Shown here piece after piece: positions 13,250-26,562 of a DNA stretch of 64,000 nt; position 1 is the stretch's first letter; each line of letters begins with the position of its first letter. A model generated the notes under the pieces. The model saw nothing but the letters and a program-made list of their open reading frames with translations, was not told where the DNA came from and searched no databases. Made by a program: the position numbers and the translations under genes. Where the stretch lies: positions 17,052,001-17,116,000 of the forward strand of contig NC_087437.1 of the NCBI RefSeq assembly GCF_036321535.1, in the 5' to 3' direction. This DNA is from Camelus dromedarius (lineage: Eukaryota).

Positions 13250-13670
13250 AACAGCAGGAATCCAAATTGTGGATTCAGACAAAACTAGATTTCCAGTTCT
13301 ATACCTTACTAGCTACATGAGAGATGGCAAGATATCAATCACTCTGATACTCAGTTTACTCATTTATAAAATAGTGATACCAACTTCATAAGGTTGTTCT
13401 AAGGTTTAAATGCAGGGGTATGCTGGTAAAAGTTTTAACAACTAACTTGGGGGGGGGGTCCTGATCTGTTGCTTTTCCAGATTTCTGTGATGTAAATACT
13501 CCCTCCTTGGCCAATTTCAAGCTACCAATGATAGTGAACTCATACATGTGAAGGGATGTGCATAACCACTCTCCTGAAAGCTGATTCAAGGTAGCTCTAG
13601 CATACCACTGAATGAGATAATGCTTGTTGGTAAAGTCTCTAGCACATAATGGGTAACTGGCACATGCTGT
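13250..13670 (+). mobile_element. MIR SINE interrupted by MER63A-like element
   Basis: Core ctcagtttactcatttataaaatag...aaggttgttctaaggtttaaatg resumes as aatgagataatg after the insert. Confidence 0.75.
13413..13610 (+). mobile_element. MER63A-like hAT-Blackjack MITE
   Basis: TIRs caggggtatgctgg / ctagcataccactg (12/14 match); interior gtaaatactccc...ttcaagctaccaa. Confidence 0.8.
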
Positions 13671-13699
13671 TGATGCCCCTTCCCCAGATTACAAATCCT

Positions 13700-15300
13700 A
13701 ATTGACAAGGCTAATCTTTCCCACTTGCTCCCATACTGACTACTAATGGCTCCTATCTGGATCTTTCTCCGGAGCACTGACCATGGCTGAAAATAATCGA
13801 CCGTGGCTGAAAATAACCACCTGGCACAAAGATTCCTATGCTCCACCTTGCCACTCCTCTCCACATCCTTTCTCTCCTCCAGGATGAAGCTCATAGCCAG
13901 TGGGGAATGATTTAGGAGGATAAAAAGCCCAATCTCCTTGCCTCAGGGCAGGACAATCTCTGAGGAGCAATTTACTCTGCAAAGCTCCTTTTGAAATGAT
14001 GCTGACAAAACTTCTCCTGAAACCACATTTCTGTTAGTGTGTTTCTTGCTTTATCCTATTTTCTCACTTTCTTACAGGATTCTTCTGAGTACAACCCCAG
14101 TGTATCACTAGCACAAAAATCTCTGATTAAGACTTGGCTTCTAGGGAATGTGAACCTAAACAGCTGGTTCCAAGAGTGGTCTTAGGAAGTCAACTTCAGT
14201 GATGGGTTCCGAGGTTGGATCACTTGAAGGATGGACTACTATGAGGAAGGACCCAATTACTAGTGGTAGGTGAAGTTAATGATAGTCTCTGACATAGAAT
14301 AGCAGTCATTTTGCTCATTCACCTGTGGGTGAAAGGGGATGTGCACTTAGTATGTACAATATGCCAAGCATTTGAGGGAGCCGGGGACTCTAAGGACTTT
14401 GGAATTGGGTGGCTGTCACTGAGATGCTAAAGAAAGAAAATGACAAGCTAATTACTAGTTTAAATCAAGTGTTTGCTACCTCTTTGGCAACATTTAAAGA
14501 GACTTTTATTTCCTGCAGATAAAGATCTGATCATATTGAAGACCAAGTCTAGAACTCAATTTTAAGGGTGGCAGAATTTAAGAGACTTTGCATCCCAGTC
14601 TATGCCAAAATCAGGATCATATAGGAAAGAAGTACAAGTCCAAAGAATAACTGGGTGGATGTAGCTGAGAACTTTGAATGCCACGTTTCCCAAGAACACG
14701 TGGGCCTGCTAGTAAGTTTCATGTCTCCTTGTTAGAGGATAGCATGCCTCCTCCCTATCCCTGCTAAAAATATAGAAACCTCAAGTGAAGCAAGTGCCTT
14801 AAGGACAATGCTAGTAGCCAGAAAAGATGTGCTGTATAAGCTCAGAAGACCTACTAGTTAAGTATGTTCCTCAGGAGGACCCAGAGAATACTGTTTATCA
14901 AGGCAATAAGGAAAAGACAAAACGGAGGCAAAAGCATTACTAAGAAGCTCCATAACGGCTGTTTTCTGTAGGGTAGAGATGGCAAGAGGAGATACTCAAA
15001 CAGAATTTAGCTTCCAGCAGCAATGGAGATGATATCACAGAACAGCAGAAACAAGGTAGTATCACTTAACTATCAGATGCAAGGGGGGCATATAATTGTA
15101 ATGGGCAGCAATGTTGAAGAGCAGTCAACCGGAATCTCTGTAAGATGGCCAATAAGACATGGTCTTCCTGAAGGCAAGATAGGTGGAAAGCCAACAAAAC
15201 TACTCTGTAATATATATATACATATCTATAATCACAAGATATCAACAACAGATAAGCAAAAGACTAAAGACAGCTGACCCAAGGTAAAATCATAACCCCA
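13700..15300 (+). mobile_element. ERVL-class relic: LTR16-like LTR (ends 14162), PBS and gag-side internal sequence (ERV3-16A3-like)
   Basis: LTR end gcttctagggaa...cctaaaca followed by PBS-like tggttccaagagtgg at 14165; tandem duplication of ~20 bp at 13779-13819. Confidence 0.7.
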
Positions 15301-15844
15301 GATCTAACATAGCATATAAGAAGTTTCCTTACGTCTAACTCTACATTTGAAATTAAGGCCAAAAGATTAAATTACTCCATCCATCCAAATTCACATAGCA
15401 AATTATAAGTAGAACAAAGACATTAACAGACTTTTATCTTCACTTTGTCCAGTGATGTCCGCCAAATCTTGGTTCTTCACCTATAACATGGCCTGCTTAC
15501 ATTACAGTAACTTAGCAATAACACCTAACAATAACTTACATGAGAACTCCAGTTGCCTTTTTGCAATTTCTCTATTTTGGGGTTCTGCTATACTCTGAAG
15601 TTACTTCTATTATAGGACCTAAATGCTTTGTTGTCATCCTATTACACAAGATCTTATTCAAACCTGAATGCTATTTAACACATTGTCTAACCCACAGTTG
15701 ATTAATATTTTTGTTTGAATATTTAAAATATGAAAACAGAAAGAAACATAGAGGAAGAAAATAATTTTTTGGGGGGGCTGGGCATATTTATCAACATTTT
15801 TGCAAAATTATTTTCGAAAACATATTAAGAGCTACAAGAACTGT

Positions 15845-16567
15845 TGTGTAGCCTCTCAAGCCTAAAAGGAGTGCGGGTTTCTGCAACCCCCCCATCAACA
15901 CACACACACACAAACTGGAGTCTGTGGCAGAAGGAAACTGCCACTGTGGTGCACTGGGTTTTTGGATTCTGGATACGCAAACTTCCAGAAGCTGTGACCC
16001 AGCCCAACCTTTCTGAATGGTATTTCCTTACAATTAGGCACTGGAGAAAACGAAGCATGTTATGGCCAGGGTGCCACATGTAATGATACTGCAGCCTGAA
16101 CTGTCTATTTTCACTTGGGTAATTACATAGCCTACTGATAAAATTGGAAAGGCTCAATATACTTCATCACAAAATGGAAACTGGGGCCCAAGATTCAAAG
16201 ATGAGCCCGCTGGCAGTATAGCACAGTTTACTGACAGCTCAGTGAAACCAAAGGCAGATGAGGTCTGCTGGGCCACAGCCACCACCTGGCCAATGGTTGG
16301 CCATCTTTCGACTATCAGATATGGGCATTCCGACAGACTAAGCTCTCCGATGTGGTGATGGCAATGCAGACCACTCCTACTGCCATTTCTTGATACATTT
16401 TTCACCAGCTCATGAGCTGTTGCCAATGACCTAGACATCTGGTCAGGCAAATGGCAATGAAAAAACTGGACTATTAATGAATTCCCTGTATGGGGAAAGT
16501 AACTATGGCAGAGCTTCCTCCCTGGGAAGGAAAAAACATACGTCATGTGGATAGTCATGGCAAAGGA
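15845..16567 (+). mobile_element. ERVL pol relic (RT connection / RNase H), frameshifted
   Basis: Translated remnants WSLWQKE, GFWIRKLPEA, FTDSS, AVANDLDIWSGKWQ, WTINEFPVWGK. Confidence 0.75.
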
Positions 16568-16574
16568 ATTCCTT

Positions 16575-19500
16575 ATTTTTGTTTTAATTTTTTATTGAAG
16601 TATAGTTGATTTAGTTTCAAGTGTACAAAATACTGACTCAGTATTTTCAGATTTATACTTTAAAGTTATAAAATATTGGCTATATTCTGTGTTGTATACT
16701 ATAACCCTTTAGCTTATTTATTTTATACATAGTAGTTTGTACCTCTTGATCCCCTACCACCTCCTGCCCCTCCCTACTCCTGCTCCCTAAAGGTAACCAC
16801 TAGTTTCTCTCTAAGTCTGTTGGTTATGTCTCATTCATTTCATTTTTTAGATATATAGGTGATAACATACAACACTTGTTTTTCTCCGATTTATTTCTCT
16901 AAGTATATTACCCTCCAGCAGGTCCATCTATGTTGTTGTAAAAGGCAACATTTTATCATTTTTTTTAATATCTGAGTAGTATTCCAGTGTGTGTGTGTGT
17001 GTGTGCGCGCACGCTCATATGTATATATACACTCATATATATATATATATACACTTTATCCACTCATCTCTTGAACACTTAGGTTGCTTCCATACTTCGG
17101 CTATTGTAAATAATGCTGCTATGACCACTGGAGTGCACTTATCTTATCAAATTAGTGTTTTCGTTTTCTTTGGACATATACTAAGGAGTAGAATTGCTGG
17201 ATCATATTGTATTCTATTTTTATGTTTTTGAGGAAACACCATACTGTTCTCCACAGTGGCTGCATCAATTTACATTCCCACCAACAGTGTACGAAGATTC
17301 CCTTTCCTTCACATCCTTGCCAACATTTGTTACCTTTGCTGTTTTTGATGACAGCCATTCAGACAGGTGTAGAGTGATATCTCATTGTGGTTTTGATCTG
17401 CATTTCCCTGATGTTTAGCAATGCTGAGCTTCTTTTCATGGGCCTATCTGCCATCTGTAAGACTTCTTTGGAAAAATGTTTATTCAGGTCTTCTGCTCAT
17501 TTTAAAATCAGATTATTTTTTTTTTATATTGAGCTGTATGAACTGTTAATATATTTTGAATATTAACCCCTTATTAGATAGGTAGTTTGTAAATATTTTC
17601 TCCCATTCAGTAGACTACCTTTTCATTTTGTTGATGATTTCCTTTGCTGTGAAAAAGCTTTTAAGTTTAATCAAGTCCCATTTGTTGATTTTTGCTTTTG
17701 TTTCCTTTGCCTTAGGAGACAGATCAAAAAATATTGCTATGATTTATGTCAAAGACTGTTCTACCTGTGTTTCCTTCTATGAGTTTTATGGTTTCTGTTC
17801 TTACATTTGGGTCTTTGGCCCATTTTGATTTTATTTTTGTATATGGTGTGAGGAAGCATTCTAATTTCATTCATTTACATTTAGCTGTACAGTTTTCCCA
17901 ACACCATTTATGGAAGAGACTGTCTCTTTCCCACTGTACATGCTTGCTTTTGTTGTAGACTAATTGACTATATGTGCATGGGTTTATTTCTGGGCTGTCT
18001 ATTCAGTTCCACTGATCTATGTATCTGTTTTTGTGCCAGTACCATACTATTTTGATTGCTCTAGCTTCGTAGCCTAGTCTAAAGTCAAGGAGCATGATAC
18101 TTTCAGCTTTGTTCTTTTTTTCTAAAGATTGCTTTGACTATTCAGGGTCTTTAGTGGCTCCATATACATCTTAGGATTATTTGTTCTAGTTACGTGAAAC
18201 ATGTCATGGGTTTTTTTATGACAGGAATTGCATTAAACCTGTAGATTGCTTTGGGTAGTATGGACATTTTAATAATATTAATTCTTCCAAATCCAAGAAC
18301 ACAGAATATCTTTCTTTGTATCATCTTCAAATTCCTTCATCAATGTTTTATAATTTTTGGAGTATAGGTCTTTTATCTCCTTGCTAACTAATCATAAATT
18401 TATTCCTAAGTATTGTATTCTTTTTGATGCAGTTTTAAATGGAATTGTTTTCTTCCTTTCTCTTCCTGATACTTCATTACTAGTACATAGAGAGGCAACA
18501 GGTTTCTGTATATTAATCTTGTGTCCTGTAACTTTACTGGATTTATTCATTAGTTCTAATAGTATTTTGGTGGAGATCTTAGGGTTTTTTTATATATAGT
18601 ATCTTATCATCTGTAAATAGTCTAAGTTTTATTTCTTTTCCAATTAGATGCCTTTTTTCCCCCTTGTTTGACTGCTTTGGCTAGGATTTCCAATACTACG
18701 TTATGTAAAAGGGGCAAGAGTAGACATTCTTGTCTTGTTGCTGATTTTAGAGGAAAAGTTCAGTTTTTCACCACTGAGTATGATGTCAGCTATGGTTTTG
18801 TCATAAATGGCCTTTATTATGTGAACATATGTTTCTTCAATATCAACTTTGATGAGAGTTTTTATCAGGAATGGATGTTGAATTTTGTTAAATGCTTTTT
18901 CTCTGTCTATTGAAATTATCATGTTATTATATTCTTCCTTTTGTTAATATGGTATCACACTGACTAATGTGCAGATATTGAACCATCCTTGTGTCCCTGA
19001 ATAAATCCCAGTTGATCATGGTATGTGATCCTTTTTATAAGTTGTTGAATTTGGTTTGCTAATATTTTGTTGAGGATTTCTGCATCTGTATTCATCAGAG
19101 ATATTGGTTTGCAATTTTCCTTTTTTGTAATGTCTTTTGTCTGATTATCAGGGTAATGATGGCCTCAGAATGAATTTGGGAGTTTTCTCCTCAATTTTTT
19201 CCAGCAGTGTCAGAAGGGTAAGTAATCTTTATTTGTTTGGTAGAATTCCCCTGTGAAGCCATGGGTCCTAGACATTTATTTGCTGACAGTTTTTTGATTA
19301 CTAACTGAATTTTACTAGCAGTGACTGGTCTTTCCCGATTGTCTATTTCTTCCTGATTCAACTGGAAGACTGTTTCTAGAACTTTACCCATTTTTCCTAG
19401 GTTGTCCATTTTGTTGGCCTGTAACAGTTTATACTATTCTCTTAAGATATTTTTGTATCTCTGTGATATTAGTTGTAATTACTCCTCTTTCATTTCCCTT

Positions 19501-20335
19501 TTCTGTTTTCTGTTTTTTCTTTCTTTCTTTCTGTCAAGGGCTGACTTTCAATAGATCACAACGAGGGAGCTACTCTGCTATGTACAAAACCTTGACCTCT
19601 AAAGGAGCTGGTTTATAAATGATTTAGCACCACGTTCCCCACAAATGCATGATGGGTGAGGGGACAGCAGCCTTTCTGGCTGCACCTGGTGTCCCAGGAC
19701 TAAGGGCTCTCCACATGGGACCCTGGTCTCGACACTGGCAGGACATGCATGGCAACCCACGGGCAAGAATGGTGCGAGACGAGCTATCTGAGGCCAAAAT
19801 CCTATCTGAGGCCAACGTAACATAACCTGGGTGCAATTCTGACTTAGAGGTGTCCAGTCATAATCTCACAGATGGTAGCTTCACCCCACTGGCTCCTCAG
19901 CCAATACTCTTTCATTTCTTATTCTGTTTATGTGGGCCTCTCTCTTTTCTTCTTAATGAGCCTGGCTAAAGGCTTATCAATTTTTTTTATTCTTGCAAAA
20001 ACCCAGATCTTGGCTTCATTTACCTTTTCTATTTTTTTTTTTTTTTGGTCTCTGTTTTATATATATTTTCTTTGTGATTTTTTATTATTTCCTTCCTCCT
20101 ACTGACTTTGGGCCTTGTTGTAATTCCTTTAGCTGGCAGGTAAGACTGATCACTTGTTATTTTTCTTGTTTCTTGAGGTAGGCCTGTATTGCTATTAACT
20201 TCCCTCTGAGAGCTGCTTTGCTGCATCAAATAGATTCTGGCAACATGTATTTTCATTTTCATTCATCTTGAGGTGTTTTTTGATTTCCTCTTGGATTTCT
20301 TCATTGAGTCATTTTTTTTTAAAGTAGCATGATTT
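16575..20335 (-). mobile_element. L1 (~3.3 kb of ORF2 plus 3'UTR), 5'-truncated, sense to STAG1, interrupted by 28S retrocopy
   Basis: ORF2p remnants [23 protein letters not shown] and NKCWQGCEGKG..VHCWWECKLMQPLW; 3' end ttttattgaagtatagttg. Confidence 0.95.
19532..19904 (-). pseudogene. Processed pseudogene of the 3'-terminal ~370 nt of 28S rRNA
   Basis: Plus strand matches the reverse complement of the 28S 3' end (gggctgactttcaatagatc...; attctgacttagagg..cagtcataatc.cacagatggtagcttc.cccca.tggctcctcagccaa); decayed tail at 19497-19531; 12-bp TSD. Confidence 0.93.
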
Positions 20336-20388
20336 TGCAAAGGACTAATTGATATGCTTTATCTGCCATGTCAGTGGCTGAGTAGGAG

Positions 20389-20902
20389 TGAGGCACAGAT
20401 TCTTAGGAAAGGTAGTCTCCTATATACAGTCTTTTGACCGTTACTGGGCTGCATAAGAAAAGGCCTTTGGCCTGGAGCATTTTCTTATCAAGGGATAAGA
20501 GTCGTCATAGCCTGTGCTGGGTTTATCACCTTGTATGGAAGTATCATTCCTGTTTTAGACTCAATGAGTCTTCTTTGTTCTGCTTAAGTGTGTGCATCAT
20601 ACAGCACCTGGCCAACCCCTCTACTAAATCTGTTCCCTGAGAGGAAGGAATAAGGTTCTTAGTTCTGTGGCACAAGATGAGTACATGCAGGGTAACTGCT
20701 CTGTGTTGACTACTGGACCATGGGAGACTGACACTACTGAAGCTGACATTGCTCTGTCCCTTCTCCATGTGAGTAAAGCATTGTTCCATCCAGTGCTTGA
20801 ATGTTTTATGTTTTCCTTGGTAATCAATATGCAGTGGGCATAAGTGTTCAAACTTCTACTTCTGGTGACAGGCAACAACAGATCATTTGCCTGACATATA
20901 CA
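20389..20902 (+). mobile_element. ERVL LTR (MER54/MER73/MER74-like)
   Basis: TG start after a purine-rich stretch, agtaaa poly(A)-type signal with gcattgttccatccagtgcttg, CA end; family from memory. Confidence 0.55.
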
Positions 20903-23382
20903 GAACTAAAAGAAGGTTTTTGGTGAACTTAAGAGAAACAGAGTGTGGGATGAGTGAACATAAAGATAAGGAAATGGGATGGACTGACTGAAAATAAATC
21001 CCTTGCAAGCACTGCAGAGACTGTGATATAAGGAATCAAGCATATGCAAGAAAGTAGAACTGTACACGTAAGCTAAAAGCAAAAACAGTACAGAGTCATA
21101 TTTACAAACTGGAAAGGACAGAGGAAGGTAATCCGGTGTCATGAGCATAAACACCAAAAGGGATTAAGATACTTGGCCCATGTATAGAGATTACTAAAGC
21201 TATATTTAAATTAGACATATTCTGTTTCAACCTCAATGTCAGTTAAAACCGATGAGTAGAAATTTAGAAACTGAATTTCTAATAACTCCTTTAGTTGTTA
21301 GAGACTGTTTGCCTTTCTAGAGACCAAAAACTTATACTTTAAAACTTACACAAATTGGCAGTATTAAAAAAAGTTTCTTATTTTTAGGAGGGTAGACTAG
21401 GTTATAACTTCTAATAATCTAAAATCAAGACAAAAAGAATATTAAATCATTATACTGTACATCTTAATAAAATATTAAATGTCAATTATATCTCAGTAAA
21501 GCTGGAAAAATGAAATTGATAATTAAAATGTAATATTAAAAAAAGACATAAGAAGTTTTATTACTTGAAACGGCACAGGGTGAGTATAAAGACAGAGTCC
21601 ATAGCCTATACAAGGAGCAATTTCAACTAGGTGATTAAAAGGAAAGAAAGGAAATCACTTGTCCTCAGAGGAAAAAAGTACAAGATGATTAGAGTGGGAA
21701 TGACAAAAAAGAAAGTTTAGAAAGAAATATTTAATACTTACAGCCTTTTCTACATAAAGTAATTGGAGGTGATAGGAGAGATTTATAAAATTATTCTAAT
21801 GAAAACAGTACTCTTTAAATCATTTTATCAACAACATACAAGAGAAATCTATCTCCTTTATCTGGACAGAGGATTTCAACAAACACACAGTTTAGTGACT
21901 TATTTTTAAATTATGGTTGTTTATTTTCTGGCAAGCCACATCAAATCAGTGTTTTTCCAGAATTTGTGGACATACATAAGTTCTATTAAAACTGGTAACT
22001 GTTTTTCTTATTTAAATTTAGTACAATACTCTATTAGGGAGGTGGGGAGAGGAGGAAAACTGATATGGTAGTGGTGGGGAATAAAAATGAAGGACTTTAA
22101 ACTTATTCCAAGAAGTTTGCCTTGTTGGATTTAGTAGTGTGTATTCACATGCACGAGGGCACAAGGTAAAATTCTACATTCTTTTATACTGTAGTAAAAT
22201 ATAATTGGACATATCTGAGATGAGGCTAGATGTAAAGGCTTGAGGATTAGAGAAAGAAAACAATATCAAGCTTGGGATTTATTAGTGTAGAGAAAAGGTT
22301 ATGAATTGCTAGGGAAGATAAATATTCAGGAAAAAATTCACTATGTACATGCTAACTTGATTTGCCTTCAAATGAGGTGGGAAACAGGAACCTTCTTTAA
22401 TCATCAATTAAAAATAAGTAATTGCGAAGTTGACCAAACAACTTGTGATGATCCTCCTACACTCTGAACACTCTCTTATAGTAAAAATGGCCTGTAAAAT
22501 TCCCTTAGGACCTTATTTTAACTTATGTGATTGTGTAGTTATCTAAACATCTTTGATAATACTTAGCCTACTGCTATTTAAAAAGTAAATGCTCTACAGG
22601 CTGATAATGGTAACATATAGAAAATAAGTCTTAGACCAAAACTACCTTAAAAGTCTAAGAATATAATTGCATTTAGAAAGATAAAATGTCTTCTAATAGC
22701 TACAATTCTTTTAACAATTCAAATAATGGAATATAACAACCCAAAAGAAATTGTTGTAAGATTTCTTTTTGTGTGTGTGAACATCTGGCAATTCGAGTAT
22801 AGAATGTTGGGTCATTCAATATAAAAATTCCAATATGTTATCATTCCTACCCTTGGTTATTTAAAGGATTACATATTCAGGACTCGATAATGTATACTTC
22901 CTTTTAAAGTAAGAGCCTCTTCTAAAAGGATGGAAGTGTAAACAGATTTTCAGATCAAATATCCTAGAATCCAACAAAACATTCAACTCTTACAAAACAC
23001 TCTACTGTCATATGACCTTAGAGAATTTAAAACAAAAAAGTTTAGTTTTAATATATTAAGAGAAACAAGGAATCTCTTTTGATTCCAAACTAGGAAAAGA
23101 TTATAATTAGCTTCTTGGGATACTACAATCGCCTAACATTTAGATGTACCAGATTGCCAATCTTGGTCTAAGACCATTACAACTAAGTAAGACAGGGTCT
23201 TCGCACATGGGTTGATGTCTTAAGTTTCATCATGGCCACAAGTAAAGAGTATTCAGCTGTATCATCTTAAATTCCCATATTATTACAACTTTTGAGAAAA
23301 ACCAACTATGGCCATCTTAATTACTAATATTAAGATTAAGACAAGCATATCTTCTATCAAAGCCTAGAACAGAGTAACTTAC

Positions 23383-23506
23383 CCTGTCATGAAGAGTCCA
23401 GCCAACGTATTTTAGATAACTGTCATTTAGAAAGGCATCACTATACATTTTCATCCATACTCCAATTTCTTCAATACAAATGGCTCTAATCTCAGCAATA
23501 GCATCA
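23383..23506 (-). CDS. STAG1: STAG1 coding exon (~exon 10, 124 nt, phase 2-0): [44 protein letters not shown] domain
   Basis: Acceptor actcctctag|T, donor AGG|gtaagt; translated by hand. Confidence 0.97.
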
Positions 23507-24649
23507 CTAGAGGAGTCAAAAAAAGACAGACCTCTGATTAATATTCAGAACTAGAATGTACTTCATACAGATTTGCAGCAAGCAATACATATTGTCAAAA
23601 TATTATATTTATATCTGCACTCTCAAAGGTCTCCAACGTGAATTATCTTCAATTTTTTACATGGCTTCTAAAAAATAAAAACTACCAATACCAAGCTGGA
23701 AAACAATGCTTCTGGAAATCATCTTATTTTGATTCAACTGCTCTATTTTCATTGGACTAGAAAATGTCATTTAGAGCGTTCTGAAAGCCTCACAATTATT
23801 ATGAGATCAATAAACATGCTAAAACTTCTGAGGAAACCAGAGTATCCATATCCAAATATGGAAGAATGTAGAATTAAAAAATTGTTTCTCTAAATAACTG
23901 TGACTCATTCTAAGCTAGTACACATCTAAAGAATTAAAAGAAAAGAATTTTTATGAACAAGACACACATTAGTATCTATGAGGCAAAACTGTAGAAGCCT
24001 GTATTATTTGAAAATGTATAGAAGTTATGTCCAAGACCTTGAAGCAATTGCCCTGGGGAAAGAATAATTCACATATAGTCATAATGAAACAATCTTGGTG
24101 ACTAAACTATATGAACTGGTAGCAGAACCAACCCCAAAAGTCAGGTTTCTGGCTCGGTGCCCATATGGCTTTTCACCTCTCCATAAGCATCTACTATAAC
24201 CCTCCTGGGATTATTTCTGCTCTAAAATCTGTGAACTATGAACAAATACAATGTTAATGTCTTTAACTTACCTTCTCATAGGTTATTAACTCTGCTAAAA
24301 AAATTCTGTAATAAGGTAAATCCTAACTTTCTCTTGTAGATCAATCTTAAAAGCTTCTGATTTATCATACATGAATAAGTTAAAATTTTAGGTGATTTTT
24401 AATTCTCCAATTTCCACAAGGCAATCATCCGTCAAGGAGATTTTCTTAGCTTCTCTTTTGTGATAAAATGGGAGCTGGCATTCTAATATTTAATTCTCTG
24501 CTGTAAGAAATCTTAGTTCCTTCTAAGTCCCTGTCATTGCTTAAAGAATAAAAAAGTGAGAAACTTTCTCTTTCAAAACCATACTATCAATTACTGTCTT
24601 TGGTTATCCTACTTTTTTTTTTAAGTATCTTTTTCTCATGGAGAGATTC

Positions 24650-24870
24650 TACAGCACAGAGGCTAATGATACAGACTTTGGAGTTAGACCTCCTAAGTTC
24701 AAATCCTGGCTCTGCTGTTTTCTAGCTGTGTGGCGTTAGGCAAGTTACTTCCCTCTTAACTGTATCTAGAGCTCACAGTTACTGTGAGAATAAACTCACT
24801 TAATAAAAATAAAATACTCAGAATTATGTGTGATACCTACTAAACTTCCCATAAATGTTCACTGTTACAT
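24650..24870 (+). mobile_element. MIR SINE
   Basis: gttcaaatcctggctctgc...ctagctgtgtggcgttaggcaagttactt. Confidence 0.8.
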
Positions 24871-24984
24871 CTTTTGTCATTAGTCTAGACATACACAGAT
24901 AATACAATATAAAAAGCAGGTTTACAACATCTGTGAAAGAATGTTACTTGACCTTTAAAATACTGAATGTGAATGGCCCAAGGA

Positions 24985-25830
24985 CATTTTTTTCTAAATA
25001 AGAAAAATTTCAGACATAAAAAAGTTATAGACAGTATAAAGAATATATATGTATCTACTGCTCAGTTAAAAAAAGAAGTATTAGAGTTGAACCTTTCTAT
25101 ATACCACTTACTAATACATCTTCCTCTCTAAGAGTAAATGACTATCCTTGTTTCAATGACTATCATTTACAGCTGCACCTTTATGCTTTAACTTCGTATG
25201 TATAGCTTTACATATTTTGAAAGTTTATATACATTTATTACCTTGCAGGTATCCTCTCCAACTTGCTTTTTCCACAAACCATGTTTTGCAATTTATACAT
25301 ACTGATTCATATAGCTCTAGTTCCAATATATTAACTTTAACTGACGTTCAGTGTTCCTTTCTATAAACTACAAATTACTTATACATTCTTTCACTGGCAG
25401 ACATTTAGGTTGTTTTCAGGTTTTTGCTTTTATTAACAGTGAATGCTGTGAACATTCTTGTATATGTCTCCTTGTGCACATGTGTAAGAGTTTCCCCAGG
25501 GCACTGTTTTTCAAACAGTGCATCACTATGTATCAGTACATTATGGAATAAATTTAAAGAGTGGCAACAAAAACATAAAAGTATTCAGGATAGAAAACAC
25601 TAAAATGCTTCACATGGAGTAGGCAAATATTTTTTCTTGGAATTTCTGTGTATTTGATGTAGGACATGGTCAAAAGTCTGTGAAACACTGCTTTTATACC
25701 TAGAAGTGAAATTTACTGGGTGAGAAGGAATATGCATCTTCACCTACATTAACAAATTTCTCCATATAGCATTTCACATCCTTGCCTAGCACTTCATATT
25801 GTTCTACTATTTTATATAAATTTCCACCTC
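24985..25830 (-). mobile_element. Old L1 3' region (L1ME-like) containing a probable hAT-Charlie MITE at 25502-25690
   Basis: L1 motif gacatttaggttgttttcagg...gctgtgaacattcttgtata; insert ends cactgtttttcaaac / gtgaaacactg. Confidence 0.6.
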
Positions 25831-26562
25831 TGTCAACTGCAAGTTCATATACTTTGTCTTCCACTGGGCTGTCCAAATAAAAACAAATGATAACAGCAAA
25901 AATAAAACAAAATAAAATAGCGCCCCTCTAAAAACAAAACACCACCACAAAACACCCAAATCATATCATTTTAGTTCTGTCAGTCCTACCAAGTAGTCAT
26001 CTCCCAGAGATCTATTACACTTATTCTCTGCTGCATTACCCTTGTAAAACCCAACCCTAAAAACAAAAACATAAAACAAACCTAGGCTGAGGTTTTTATT
26101 GCACAATTTCAGGGAAGTAAGTTAAGGACAAAATGAATAGATATGGCATTCTGATTAAAACTACAGTGACTACTAAGTATGGTAACTGCATAATACATAG
26201 CTCAATCATCCATTCATTACCATTGGTATTATCATTACCATTGGTATTGAGATTATAGATGGCTAATCCCAAGGCTAGAGAATATAAAGGCTTAGCTTTA
26301 TTTCAGTAGGAAAACCTTGTTCAAAATCTTTTTTTATAGTCGTTTCTATGTCTAAGCTTAATTTCTAATGCCTTTTTGTCTCACTTACAAGACTCTCAAA
26401 AGCTCATGTTTTTTGAACACGGTTCCTCTCTGTATGCACTCTCAATGTTTTGATACAACTTGTCTTCCTGGCATCCCAGTCCTTGTCTACTAGGTGATTT
26501 TTTTGCTATTTGAGTTCAGGAGCTCTAATACACTTTGCCTGCTGATACCACCCTACTAGGTT

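Noticed and set aside
15825..16558. ORFs as a domesticated retroviral gene
   Set aside because: Pol motifs are split over frames by stops and frameshifts; the longest ORFs are antisense to pol
19532..19904. Functional rRNA gene; ORFs 19599..19823 and 19624..19836
   Set aside because: Only a diverged 3' fragment with a tail and TSD; the ORFs are chance frames in rRNA-derived sequence
26214..26248. 17-bp tandem duplication tcattaccattggtatt (similar small ones at 13779-13819 and 55060-55117)
   Set aside because: Two-copy slippage duplications with no spacers or other structure; not an array
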